Assembly (NCBI RefSeq): GCF_030144855.1
Contig: NC_082714.1
Location: forward strand, 36,394,001 to 36,458,000
DNA: 64,000 bases
Direction of reading: 5' to 3'
DNA from: Hypanus sabinus
Lineage: Eukaryota
A program made the translations under genes and the position numbers. Position 1 is the stretch's first letter. Every line of letters begins with the position of its first letter. Positions 1-12,356 of the stretch are shown here, one piece after another. A model generated the notes under the pieces. That model was given only the letters and a program-made list of their open reading frames with translations. It was not told the DNA's origin and made no database searches.

Positions 1-13
1 AATTCTCCTTTGT

Positions 14-78
14 TCAGCACAGACTAGAAGGGCCAAGATGGCCTGTTTCTGTGCTGCAATTGTTATATGGTTATATGG
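14..78 (+). mobile_element. Ultra-short CR1 3'-tail insertion (~65 bp)
   Basis: Closely matches the 3' end of the CR1 at 4704-4778 (ggccaagatggcctgtttct..., TTATATGG tail); splits the host sequence ctcctttgt|ctatcctgc, seen intact at ~62806-62822. Confidence 0.75.
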
Positions 79-691
79 TCTATCCTGCTTGCTACTTCTT
101 CAAAGAATTCCAACAGATGTTGTCAGGCAAGACTTTTTCTTAAAGAAACCATGCTGACTTAGGCCTATTTTATCATGTGTTTCCAAGTACCCTGAAACCA
201 CATCCTTAACAATCAACTCCACATTTTCCCAACCACAGAGGACAGACTGACTGGCCTATAATTTATTTTCTTCTGCCTCTCTCCCTTCTTGAAGAGTGGA
301 TTGTCTTTTGCAATTTTCCATTTGTCCAGAACCATGGCAGAATCTATTGATTCTTGAAAGATTATCATCAATGCCTCCACAATCTCTTCAAAGCACTGGA
401 GTGTAGACAATCTGGTCCAGGTGAGTTATCTATCTTCATACTTTTCAGTTTCTCAAGCACCTTCTGGCTAGTAATGGCAACCTCACTCACTTTTGCCCTC
501 TGATCACCTTGATCTTCCAGCATACTGCCTGTGTCTTCCACAGCAAAGACTGATGCAGAATACTTATACAGTTTGTCCACCATTTCCTTGTCCCTTATTA
601 CTACCTCTCCAGCATCATTTTCCAGTGGTCCGATATCTATTCCCACCGCTCTTTTATTCTTTATATATCTGAAGAAACTTCAGTATCCCTT
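79..691 (-). mobile_element. Degenerate CR1 ORF2 fragment (host of nested insertions; resumes at ~4788-4830 and ~6921-7120)
   Basis: Minus ORFs give SPGPD, PLFKKG, NYRPVSLSSVVGK; colinear with the CR1 at 62800-63720. Confidence 0.85.
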
Positions 692-753
692 ATTCAGCTT
701 AGGCGGAAGAGGGCACAGTAGGCTTATCTTTTAGTTCTTGTATTTTCAGTTAT

Positions 754-1683
754 TTGGGAGGTATGAGTGTGAGGGCAGCTTGTTGTTCTCGGTGTCGGAT
801 GTGGGAGATCCTGGAGTCTCTGAGCCTCCACATCTGCGCCAGGTGCGCCGAACTGCAGCTCCTGAGGGACCGAGTTAGGGAACTGGAGCTGCAGCTCGAT
901 GACCTTCGCCTGGTCAGGGAGAGTGAGGAGGTGATAGAGAGGAGTTACAGGCAGGTGGTCACTCCGGGACCACGGGAGGCAGATAGGTGGGTTACAGTCA
1001 GGAAGGGGAAGAGGCAGGTACTAGAGAGTACCCCAGTGGCTGTACCCCTTGACAATAAGTACTCATGTTTGAGTACTGTTGGGGGGGACAGCCTACCTGG
1101 TGGGAGTGACAGTGGCTGAGCCTCCGGCACAGAGGACGGCCCTGTAGCTCAGAAGGGTAGGGTTAGAAGAAAGAGGTCCATAGTAATAGGGGACTCAATA
1201 GTCAGGGGCTCAGACAGGCATTTCTGTGGAGGTGACCGGGAGTCCCGGATGGTAATTTGCCTCCCTGGTGCCAAGGTTCGGGACGTTTCTGATCGCGTCC
1301 AAGATATCCTGAAGTGGGAGGGTGAAGAGCCAGAGGTCGTGGTACATGTAGGTACCAATGACATAGGAAGGAAAGAGGAAGAGGTCCTGAAACGAGAGTA
1401 TAGGGAGTTAGGAAGGCAGTTAAGAAGAAGGTCCGCAAAGGTAGTAATCTCGGGATTACTGTCTGTGCCACGCGACAGTGAGAGTAGGAATAGAATTAGG
1501 TGGAGGATGAATTCGTGGCTGTGGGATTGGAGCAGGGGGCAGGGAATCAATTTTCTGGATCATTGGGACCTCTTCTGGGGCAGGAGTGACCTGTTCAAGA
1601 TGGACGGGTTACACTTGAATCGTGGGGGGACCAATATCCTAGCGGGGAGGTTTGCTAGGGCTACAGGGCGGACTTTGAACTAG
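754..1683 (+). pseudogene. CR1 ORF1p: zinc finger/leucine zipper + SGNH esterase, one premature stop at 1117-1119
   Basis: CxxC...CxxC then LRDRVRELELQLDDL; same frame continues through IGDSIVRG, HVGTNDIG and DGLHLN (SGNH blocks). ORFs 754 and 1249 share a frame. Confidence 0.9.
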
Positions 1684-1687
1684 TAAG

Positions 1688-4600
1688 ATGGGGGGGTGGA
1701 GACTATTTGAGGAGACTATGGGAGAGGAGGTTAGTTCACCAGTGGAGCAAGTAAATAGACAGTGTGTGAGGGAGGAAAGGCAGGTGATGGAGAAGGGATG
1801 CGCTCAGCCCGAAGATGTAGGGGAGAAGAAAGAAAAGGATAATAAATTTGAATGCATTGTTAGGGATGGAAAGAGAGGAGGAGATGGAGAGTATCTTAAA
1901 TGTATCTATTTTAATGCTAGGAGCATTGTAAGAAAGGTGGATGAGCTTAAAGCGTGGATTGATACCTGGAATTATGATGTTGTAGCTATTAGTGAAACAT
2001 GGTTGCAGGAAGGGTGTGATTGGCAACTAAATATTCCTGGATTTAGTTGCTTCAGGTGTGATAGAGTAGGAGGGGCCAGAGGAGGAGGTGTTGCATTGCT
2101 TGTCCGAGAAAATCTTATGGCGGTGCTTTGGAAGGATAGATTAGAGAGCTCCTCTAGGGAGGCCATTGAAGAATGGGAAAGGTGCAGTAACACTGATAGG
2201 AGTGTATTATAGGCCACCTAATGGGGCGCGTGAGTTGGAAGAGCAAATGTGTAAGGAGATAGCAGATATTTGTAGTAAACACAAGGTGGTGATTGTGGGA
2301 GATTTTAATTTTCCACACGTAGACTGGGAAGCTCATTCTGTAAAAGGGCTGGATGGTTTAGAGTTTGTGAAATGTGTGCAGGATAGTTTTTTGCAACAAT
2401 ACATAGAAGTACCGACTAGAGATGGGGCAGTGTTGGATCTCCTGTTAGGGAATGCGATAGGTCAGCTGACAGATGTATGTGTTGGGGAGCACTTCGGGTC
2501 CAGTGATCACAACAGCATTAGCTTCAATATAATTATGGAGAAGGACAGGACTGGACCTAGAGTTGAGATTTTTGATTGAAGGAAGGCTAACTTTGAGGGG
2601 ATGCGAAGGGATTTAGAGAGAGTGGATTGGGTCAAGTTGTTTTATGGGAAGGATGTAATAGAGAAATGGAGGTCATTTAAGGGTGAAATTATGAGGGTAC
2701 AGAATCTTTATGTTCCTGTTAGGGTGAAAGGAAAGGTTAAAGGTTTGAGAGCACCATGGTTTTCAAGGGATATTAGAAATTTGGTTCAGAAAAAGAGGGA
2801 TGTCTACAATAGATATAGGCAGCATGGAGTAAAGGAATTGCTCGAGGAATATAAAGAATGTAAAAGGAATCTTAAGAAAGAGATTAGAAAAGCTAAAAGA
2901 AGATACGAGGTTGGTTTGGCAAATAAGGTGAAAGTAAATCCAAAAGGTTTCTACAGTTATATTAAAAGCAAGAGGATAGTGAGGGATAAAATTGGCCCCT
3001 TAGAGAATCAGAGTGGTCAGCTATGTGTGGAACCGAAGGAGATGGGAGAGATTTTGAATGATTTCTTCTCTTCGGTATTCACTAAGGAGAAGGATATTGA
3101 ATTGTCTAAGGTGTGGGAAACAAGTAAGGAAGTTATGGAACCTATGACAATTAAAGAGGTGGAGGTACTGGCGCTTTTAAGAAATTTAAAAGTGGATAAA
3201 TCTCCGGGTCCTGACAGGATATTCCCCAGGACCTTGAGGGAAGTTTGTGTAGAAATAGCAGGAGCTCTGACGGAGATCTTTAATATGTCATTAGAAACGG
3301 GGATTGTGCCGGAGGATTGGCGTATTGCTCATGTGGTTCCATTGTTTAAAAAGGGTTCCAGAAGGAAGCCTAGCAATTATAGACCCGTCAGTTTGACATC
3401 AGTGGTGGGTAAATTAATGGAAAGTATTCTTAGAGATAGTATTTATAATTATCTGGATAGACGGGATCTGATTAGAAGTAGCCAGCATGGATTTGTGTGT
3501 GGAAGGTCATGTTTGACAAACCTTATTGAATTTTTTGAAGAAGTTATGAGGAATGTTGACGAGGGTAAGGCAGTGGATGTAGTCTATATGGACTTCAGCA
3601 AAGCCTTTGACAAAGTTCCACATGGAAGGTTAGTTAAGAAGGTTCAGTCGTTAGGTATTAATGCTGGAGTAATAAAATGGATTCAACAGTGGCTAGATGG
3701 GAGATGCCAGAGAGTAGTGGTGGATAATTGTTTATCGGGATGGAGGCCGGTGACTAGTGGGGTGCCTCAGGGATCTGTTTTGTGCCCAATGTTGTTTGTA
3801 ATATACATAAATGATCTGGATGATGGAGTGGTAAATTGAATTAGTAAGTATGCCAATGATACTAAGGTAGGAGGTGTTGTGGATAATGAGGTGGATTTTC
3901 AAAGCTTGCAGGGAGATTTATGCCGGTTAGAAGAATGGGCTGAACGTTGGCAGATGGAGTTTAATGCTGAGAAGTGTGAGGTTCTACATTTTGGCAGGAA
4001 TAATCCAAATAGAACATACAGAGTAAATGGTAGGGCATTGAGGAATGCAGAGAAACAGAGAGATCTAGGAATAACTGTGCATAGTTCCCTGAAAGTGGAG
4101 TCTCATGTAGATAGGGTGGTGAGGAGGGCTTTTGGAACTCTGGCCTTTATAAATCAAAGCATTGAGTACAGAAGTTGGGATGTAATGCTAAAGTTGTACA
4201 AGACATTGGTAAGGCCAAATTTGGAATATTGTGTGCAGTTCTGGTCACCGAATTATAGGAAAGATATCAATAAATTAGAGAGAGTGCAGAGACGATTTAC
4301 TAGGATGTTACCTGGGTTTCAGCAATTAAGTTACAGAGAAAGGTTGAACAAGTTAGGTCTCTATTCATTGGAGCGTAGAAGGTTGAGGGGGGATTTGATC
4401 GAGGTATTTAAAATTTTGAGAGGGATAGATAGAGTTGACGTGAACAGGCTGTTTCCATTGAGAGTAGGGGAGATTCAAACTAGAGGACATGATTTGAGAG
4501 TTAGGGGGCAGAAGTTTAAGGGAAACACGAGGGGGTATTTCTTTACTCAAAGAGTGATAGCTGTGTGGAATGAGCTTCCTGTAGAAGTAGTAGAGGCCAG

Positions 4601-4691
4601 TTCAGTTGTGTCATTTAAGGTAAAATTGGATAGGTATATGGACAGGAAAGGAGTGGAGGGTTATGGGCTGAGTGCGGGTAGGTGGGACTAG
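1688..4691 (+). pseudogene. CR1 ORF2p: APE endonuclease + reverse transcriptase, disabled
   Basis: FNARS, ISETW, YRPP, GDFN, SDHN (APE); [23 protein letters not shown] (RT). Frameshift near 2160; TGA stops at 2577-2579 and 3837-3839. Confidence 0.95.
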
Positions 4692-4834
4692 GTGAGATTA
4701 AGTGTTCGGCACGGACTAGGAGGGCCAAGATGGCCTGTTTCTATGCTGTGATTGTTATATGTTATATGGTTATATGGTTATCCCCTTTAATATTATTAGC
4801 TAGCTTACCTTCATATTCCATCTCTTCCTTCTTT

Positions 4835-5725
4835 AGAGTCATAGAGAAATACTGCCCTTCAGCCCATCTAGTCCATGTCAAAACCATTTAAACTACCTAT
4901 TCCCATTGACCCGTACCAGGATCATAGCCCTCTGTACCCCTAGTATCCATGTACCTTTCCAAACTTCTCTTAAAAGTTGAAATAGAGCTTGCATGCACCA
5001 TTTATGCTGGCAGCTCATTACAAACTCTGACAGCCCTCTCATGTTGCCCTTCAACTTCTTACCTTTCACCCTCAACCCATGACCTCTGGTTGTAGCCCCA
5101 TCCAACCTCAGTGGAAAATGCCTGTTTGCATTTTCCTATCTATACTACTCATAATTTTGTATACCTCTATCAAATCTTCTCCATCAAAGTCTTCTATGTT
5201 TTAAAAGATTTCAAACTTCTATTCAAACTTCTCTTATAACTCAGGACCTCCAGTCCCAGCAAGATCCTTATAATTTCTCTCTGTTCTCTTTCAAACTTGT
5301 TCTCTTTCCTGTAGGTAGGTGACCAAAACTGCATATAATATTCCAAATTAGGCCTCACCAATGTCTTATACAACTTCAGTGTAACATCCCATCTCTGTAC
5401 TCAATGCATTGATTTATGAAGGCCAATGTGCCAAAAGCTTTCATTACAACCCTATCTACCTGTGACTCTACTTTCAATGAACTATGGACCTGTATTTCCA
5501 GATCCCTTTGTTCTACCATTCACTGTGTCAGGTCTACCCTGGGTGCTCCTACCAAAGTGCAAAACCTTGCACTTGTCTGCATTAAATTCCATCTGCTATT
5601 TTTTAGCCCATTTTTCCAACTGATGCAGATCCCTCTGCAATCCATGATAGCCTTCCTCACTGTCTACTACACCCCCAGTCTTGCTGTCATCCATAAATTT
5701 GCTGATCCAGTTAACCACATGTAAC
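4835..5725 (-). mobile_element. 5'-truncated CR1 (RT C-terminus and 3' UTR)
   Basis: Minus-strand TRGHGLRVKGKKLKG; KFxDD region near 5685-5710. Confidence 0.8.
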
Positions 5726-6920
5726 TATGAAAATAGACAAGGGAGAGCCAGTGGATGTAGTGTTCCTGGACTTTCAGAAAGCCTTTGATAAGGTCCCACA
5801 TAGGAGATTAGTGGGCAAAGTTAGAGCACATGGTATTGCGGGTAGGGTACTAACATGGATAGAAAATTGGTTGGCAGACAGAAAACAAAGAGTAGGGATT
5901 AACGGGTCCTTTTCAGAATGGCAGGCAGTGACCAGTGGGGTCCCGCAAGGCTTGGTGCTGGGACCGCAGCTATTTACAATATACATTAATGATTTAGATC
6001 AAGGGATTAAAATTAACATTAGTAAATTGCAGACGACACAAAACTGGGTGGCAGTGTGAAATATGAGGAGGATGTTAGGAGAATGCAGGGTGACTTGGCC
6101 AGGTTGGGCGAGTGGGCAGATGCATGGCAGATGCAGTTTAATGTGGATAAATGTGAGGTTATCCACTTTGGTGGCAAGAACAGGAAGGCAGATTACTATC
6201 TAAATGGAGTAAAGTTAGGAAAAGGGGAAGTATAACGAGATATAGGTGTCCTTGTTCATCAATCACTGAAAGTAAGCATGCAGGTACAGCAGGCAGTGAA
6301 GAAAGCTAACGGCATGTTGGCCTTCATAACAAGGGGAGTTGAGTATAGGAGCAAAGAGGTCTTTCTGCAGTTGTACATGAACCTGGTGAGACCACACCTA
6401 GAGTATTGGTCTCCAAATTTAAGGAAGGACATTCTTGCTATTGAGGGAGTGCAGCGTAGGTTCACAAGGTTGATTCCCGGGATGGCGGGACTGTCATATG
6501 TTGAAAGATTGGAGCAACTGGGCTTGTATACACTGGAATTTAGGATGAGAGGGGATCTGATTGAAACATATAGGATTATTAAGGGATTGGACACCCTAGA
6601 GGCAGGATACATGTTCCCGATGTTGGGGAAGTCCAGAACCAAAGGCCACACTTTAAGAATAAGGGGTAGGACATTTAGAACGAAGTTCAGGAAAAACATT
6701 TTCACCCAGAGAGTTGTGGATCTATGGAAGGCAGTGGAGGCTAATTCCCTGGATGCTTTCAAGAACGAGTTAGATAGATCTCTTAAAGATAGTGGAGTCA
6801 AGGGCCATGGGGAGAAGGCAGGAATGGGGTACTGATTGTGGATGATCAGCCATGATCACAGTGAATGGTGGTGCTGGCTCAAAGGGCCAAATGGCCTACT
6901 CTTGCACCTATTGTCTATTG
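5726..6920 (+). mobile_element. 5'-truncated CR1 (RT to CTATTGT tail)
   Basis: [29 protein letters not shown]; ends cctattgtctattgt. Confidence 0.9.
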
Positions 6921-7302
6921 TTTTTTATAAGCTTCACAATCCCCTAACTTTCCACTAATTTTTGCTCTATTATATGCTCTCTCTTCAGCTTTTATGTTGG
7001 CTTTTACTTCTTGTCAGCCACGGTTGCGTCATCCTGTCTTTTTTAGGAATGTATCTATCATGTGCCTTCCAAGTTGCTCCCAGAAACTCCACCCATTGCT
7101 GTTCTGCCATCATCCCTGCTAAGCAGCAACGGCTGGAGCTTCTGAAAGCAATTCAGAAGCCATAGGGTAGATACATTCCAAAGAAAAATATTCTAAAGGC
7201 AGGATCATGCAATCTTGGCAGTATTATATATTGAAGTATATTGTTTACATAGTTAAGATGCATTCTATATTGAGTTGGCATTGACAGCTAAGCAGGGAGG
7301 AG

Positions 7303-7536
7303 TGTTGTGTATTTAATATATCAGTAATATTTGAGTAATATTGTAAATATACTGTTTGATTAAGCACTCTTTGTCGTCTTCATAATTAATTACGGGTTAT
7401 ATGTAAGGGTACATGAATGGCATAAGTCATTACACCATGTAATATGTTAGTGCCTCACTAGTAAAAATGAAGTAGACATATTTCCTGGGCTCCCAGGTTT
7501 TCTTTTGATCAGTTTTTGGAGTTACTAAACATTACA
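7303..7536 (+). mobile_element. Probable solo LTR (~234 bp)
   Basis: TGTTGTGT...ACATTACA termini with near-TSD ggag/gtag. Confidence 0.55.
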
Positions 7537-8509
7537 GTAGGTTTTGTTCTTGGGGCAGAAGCCAATAATATATGTAATCTTTTTGTTAGCCTTTGAAGTT
7601 GAAGTATGTTGGGAACAATTTTAAGCACAAGAAAATATATAGATGAAACGGAGAGTTAAATTGCTCAATGAAATTTCAAATTCAAAACGAACTGATTGAC
7701 CTGTTTCCACTTTAAGAGGAAAAGACTAGCAGTGGGTCACTAATCTGCCCTCTGGGGTAGTTGTTAGTTGTTTAAACTCACGCTGACTACATTCATCAAA
7801 TCTTGGGAAATACCAAATATAAAAACAGGGGTGTCAAATCCATGGCGTTTTCTCACAAGGTTATTTGTGGTGCTAGAAGGCCAGCCCTGCAGACTAGGGT
7901 TTTAGTCAGTCCAGGAAGCTAAGGTTCTGACCACTCTTCCCTATGATAGTTTGCCTTCCACGTCACAAAGAGTTCCTGGAATCAATACTGGCATTATCAG
8001 AATTTCATCCGCAAAACATCTCTCCCCTTCAGAAACTCTGCTTACTTCTCCCCTCCAATTAAATTGTGGGGCCTTTCCTGTATTGTGGCACTTTACCCCA
8101 AAAGCTTCCTTGCCCAACAATCAGCCAGTCAGGCTGGCCTCCTGGTGGGACACCTGGAAAAGAAATCTTTATCTTCTCTCTATAGTGTTTGACGAAAGCT
8201 GAACTTCCCCATTTCCCAGGTATAGTTCCATAACACACATTCTGGCACCCAGCCCTACAGCCAATTCCCAGGTAACAACAAGGTTCTGTTCCTGAGAACT
8301 GTTCATAACTCAGTGTTTGTAAGCCAGAAATGAGCAGAAAGTAGCATGTGGAGATGATCACAGAAACAGCTGTGACAAGAATGAGCAGGTGTGAGTAAAG
8401 ATGCCAGTTGAAAGATAAATATTTGTGATGATAATGTCCCTGCTACACTTGAGACTAGCATCATGAAATTGTAGCTGTCCTCTCTTGAGAAGACTATTAT
8501 AACATGGGA

Positions 8510-8625
8510 AGGCCTGCAGATGCTGAAAATCCAGAAAGGTCTCAGCCCAAAACATTGACTATCTATTCATTTCCATAGATGCTACCCAACCTGCTGAGTT
8601 CCTTCAGTTCCTTTTGTGTGTGTTG
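8510..8625. repeat. Penelope-like terminal-repeat relic
   Basis: gaaaggtctcagcccaaaacattgac...catagatgct...ctgagttcc; matches the reverse complement of 45303-45387. Confidence 0.55.
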
Positions 8626-8749
8626 CTGAGAAGACTAATGCTTGAATTTAAAACTACTTCTGAAAGATCTTACCTTACAAAGTAGTAAGGTTTGAAGATT
8701 GCCTTAGATTAATTGCTCAAGTCACTTAATGACCTACTGACTTAAAATC

Positions 8750-9167
8750 TGAGAGAATTGGCCTTTTCTTCTTGGAGAAACGGAGGATAAGAGGTGACCT
8801 GATAGAGGTGTACAAGATGATGAGGGGCATTGATCGTGTGGATAGTCAGAGGCTTTTTCCCAGGGCTGAAATGGCTGCCACAAGAGGGCACAGGTTTAAG
8901 GTGCTTAGGAGTAGGTACAGAGGAGATGTCAGGGGTAAGGTTTTACTCAGAGAGTGGTGAGTGCGTGGAATGGGCTGCCGGCAATGGTGGTGGAGACAGA
9001 TCACAATAGGGTCTTTTAGGAGACTTTTGTTTAGGTACCTGGAGCTTAGAAAAATAGAGGGCTATGGGTAACCCTAGTAATTTCTAAGGTAGGGACATGT
9101 TCCGCACAACTTTGTGGGCCAAACGGCCTGTATTGTGCTGTAGGTTTTCTGTGTTTCTGTGCTTCTA
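8750..9167 (+). mobile_element. CR1 3' end
   Basis: RGDLIEVYKMMRGIDRVD...TRGH; 3' UTR shared with the copies at 26283 and 57252; TTTCTGTG tail. Confidence 0.9.
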
Positions 9168-10339
9168 ACTTCCCGCTGAGCCATTGCTGACAGAGTATTC
9201 CTCTGCTACATGGCCTTTGTGACTGCCAGTATTGGAGCAATGCCTAACTGGGTAATGTCCCTGATGTAAAATTCCCACAATCCACTGGTGTGAGTGCCTC
9301 TCCCTTGAAATACAAACTCAAATTTTGAGCCATGTAAGAGCCAGTTTGATTAATCTAGGGATAATAGAAGAACAAGCAGAAGAGCAGCAGATGTTAAATT
9401 GAAACATATTGTTTCTACATCATGTTTCACAGTCTTGCTATAGTATTGACTAAAACAAAATATTTTTCTAATTATATGCTGAAGTCAAAATTCTGACTTG
9501 ATCAGGGACATGTACAGAGTCAATGCATCATCATTTTCTAATTAAAATCAAAACCCAATAGTAATTTTTGTACATTTGTCCTTGAATACAAAATACAAAA
9601 TTTCTAGTTCTGTCATGCCACACTATGAAACCTCAGTTTACATGATTTCTAGTAAGACATTTATCTTTTGTTGAATACAAAGGCACCCCTGTCTTTCTCT
9701 ATGTGTCCTGACCACAAAGAAACATTGTTAAGTCTCCCTATAATTCATTGAAACCCTATAATTTCACTTGCTCTGCTCTTGAACCTCCTGTTAGAAGCTC
9801 CCATTCAACTCCTTGAACTCCATTCAGCTACTTGCTGACCTCTGCTAAATGATCTACTAGATGGAGACAGAGATCAAGTCATATACCATTGTTGTGGGAC
9901 TACATCTTCCCTCCATGTTCCCATGGGGATAGTCTTCCGATGAGGTATTTGGGCAAAGCATGTCTTTAGAGGTCTCCAGTTCATAAAATTTACCACAGGC
10001 AGAAAAGTAGATGTACTAATGGGCTGGCATTGTCCTTTCTTGCTGAACCTCTGGACACAATAGAATAGGAACAGACAGAACAACTGAAGAAGAGCCCAAA
10101 TGATGAAAGGAAGTACAACCAAACTTGTATTCTACTACATTTGCCATTACATGATAATTTATGCTGGGGGTGTGAACAAGGCCAAACACATGCAATTTTT
10201 CAAAAATTGCTTGAATTTACCACAATTGTATGTTGTTAAATCCACAGTAATATGCACATTGTTTTGCATTTAGAATATAAATGTGATAGGATTAAATAAT
10301 TAGAATTGATTGCCTGGAGAGCAGGGTGGAGTGGGGTTT

Positions 10340-12315
10340 GGACTAGACTGGAATCAACGAGGGATGCTTGACAGCTGTGGCAGGGTTTGAATGCCATAAC
10401 CTCCTACAAAGTTTAATATTGCAACATAGGGGACAGCAGAGCTTCACTTCCAGATGAACTCACTGCCTTCTAAGCTCCTTTTGATCACCAGAAAAGGGGG
10501 GAACCATCATGCACCTCCATGTCTCCTGATGATTCTTCAGTCTTTGTATCTGAAGATGATGAGTGGGCTGCTTCAAGAGAGTGAATCCAAGGAAAGCTTT
10601 TGATCTGGATGGAGTATCGAAGACCTATGGTGACCAGCTGGCTGGTGTATTCATAGTGTGGTGAACTACATATATCTGTCTGGACAAGCCCCCCCCACTG
10701 ACTGCTCCACTGGCTCCTCCCACTGACTGTGGCTCCTCCCACAGACCCCGGTATAAAGGCGATTGGGGCCTGAGCCCTGCCTCTCAGTCTCCAGGATGTA
10801 GCATGGTGGTCAATTGCTGCTTGTTCTTTCTTCCAGTCAATAAAAGCCGATATCTCGCCTCACGTCTCAGAGAGTTATTGATGGTGCATCACATAGTTAT
10901 TGTCAACCTCTCATTCAGGCAGTGTATGGTACCCATCTGCTTCAAGCAGGCTTCAATCGTATCTTTGCCCAAGAAGAGCATGGTAACCTGTCTAAATGAC
11001 TATCACCCACAGTGATGAAGTGTTTTGAGAGGCTGATGTTGAAGCATATCAGCTCCTGTCTGAGTGGCGACTTGGGCCCACTCAAATTCACCTACTGAAA
11101 TAGGTCTGCAGCAGATGCCATCTCATTGGCAGTTCACACAACCATGGAAAACCTGGACAGCAAAGATGCAAACATCAGAATGCTCTTTATCGATTACAGC
11201 TCAGCATCTAACACCATCATCCCTTCAAAACTAATCAATAAACACCAAGGCATCAAAACCCTTTTGTGCAATTGTATCCTGGATTTCCTCTCTTGTAGAC
11301 TTCAGTCAGTTCAGATTGGTACAACATCTCCTCCACAATCTTCATTAGCACAGGAGCACCACAGAGATGTATACTTAGCTCTCTGCTCTACTTGCTATAC
11401 ACCTATCACCGTGTGGCCAAATACAGCTCCAACGTCATATACAAGTTTGCTGATGACACCACTGTTGTGGGCCATATCAAAGGTGGTGATGAATCAGCAT
11501 ACAGGAGGGAGAATGAAAATTTGGCTGAGTGTTGTAATAGCAACAACCTCTCATTCAATGTCAATAAAAACAAGGAACTGATTGTAGACTTTAAGAGAGG
11601 GAAATCAGAGGTCCCTGAGCCAATAATCATTGGAGGATCAGTGATGGAGAGTCAGTAACTTTAAATTCCTGGGGGTCACTATATCAGACAACCTGCCCTG
11701 GACCCATCATATAAATATAATTGCAAAGAATGCACAAGAGCACCTCTGTTTCCTCAGGAGTCTGCGAAGGTTCAGCATGTTATTAAAAACATCAGCAGAC
11801 TTCTATAGATGTGTGGTGGAAGGTGTGCTGACTGGCTGTGTTATGGCCTGGTATGGGAACACCAATGTTTTTGAGCGGAAAATCCTATATAAGGTGATGG
11901 ATTCAGCCCAGTACATCACAGGTAAAACCCTCCCAACCATTGAGCACATCTACATGAAATGATGCCATGGAAATAATGAAAAGCAGCACCCATTATCAAA
12001 GATCCTCACCACCCAGGCCATGCTCATTTCTTGCTGCTGCCATCAGGTAGAAGGTACAGGTGCCTCAGGAATTGCACCAACAGCTTCAAGAACAGTTGCT
12101 ACCTCCTCAATCATCAGGCTCTTGAACAAATGGGTAACTATACTCATTTAAAGACTCTTTTATCTTGTTACTTCATGCTCGTTATTTATATCTCTATTTG
12201 CACTGGCAATTGATCCTGTTTACAGTTACTGTAGATTTGCTAAGAAAAAGATTTACAGAAAAAGAGTCTCAGGATTGTACGTGGTGACCTGTATGTACTC
12301 TGAATTTACTTTGAA
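10340..12315 (+). mobile_element. Rex1/Babar LINE remnant (RT to 3' tail), interrupted by a solo LTR
   Basis: TCLNDY, LFIDYSSA, YKFADDTTVVG, LLPSGRRYR; tttactttgaa tail. Confidence 0.85.
10657..10891 (+). mobile_element. Solo LTR, family A copy 1 (235 bp)
   Basis: TGTGGTG...GCATCA, internal TATAAA and AATAAA, perfect 5-bp TSD CATAG (10652-10656 / 10892-10896). Confidence 0.9.
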
Positions 12316-12356
12316 TTAAATGACAAAATGGATTATGACAAAATGGATGGTATCTT

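Larger units (their letters stand above)
692..4778 (+). mobile_element. Near-full-length CR1 LINE (ORF1+ORF2, TTATATGG tail)
   Basis: ORF1 and ORF2 motifs in order; tandem-repeat tail at ~4754-4778; approximate TSD tatccctt (684-691) / tatcccctt (4779-4787). Confidence 0.95.

Noticed and set aside
4835-6920. Head-to-head CR1 pieces as one twin-primed insertion
   Set aside because: Both cover the same 3' region and have different tails, so they are independent insertions.
9874-10122. 82-aa minus ORF with an internal acceptor-like site near 10050
   Set aside because: No recognisable domain or convincing donor; not identifiable as a neighbouring gene exon.
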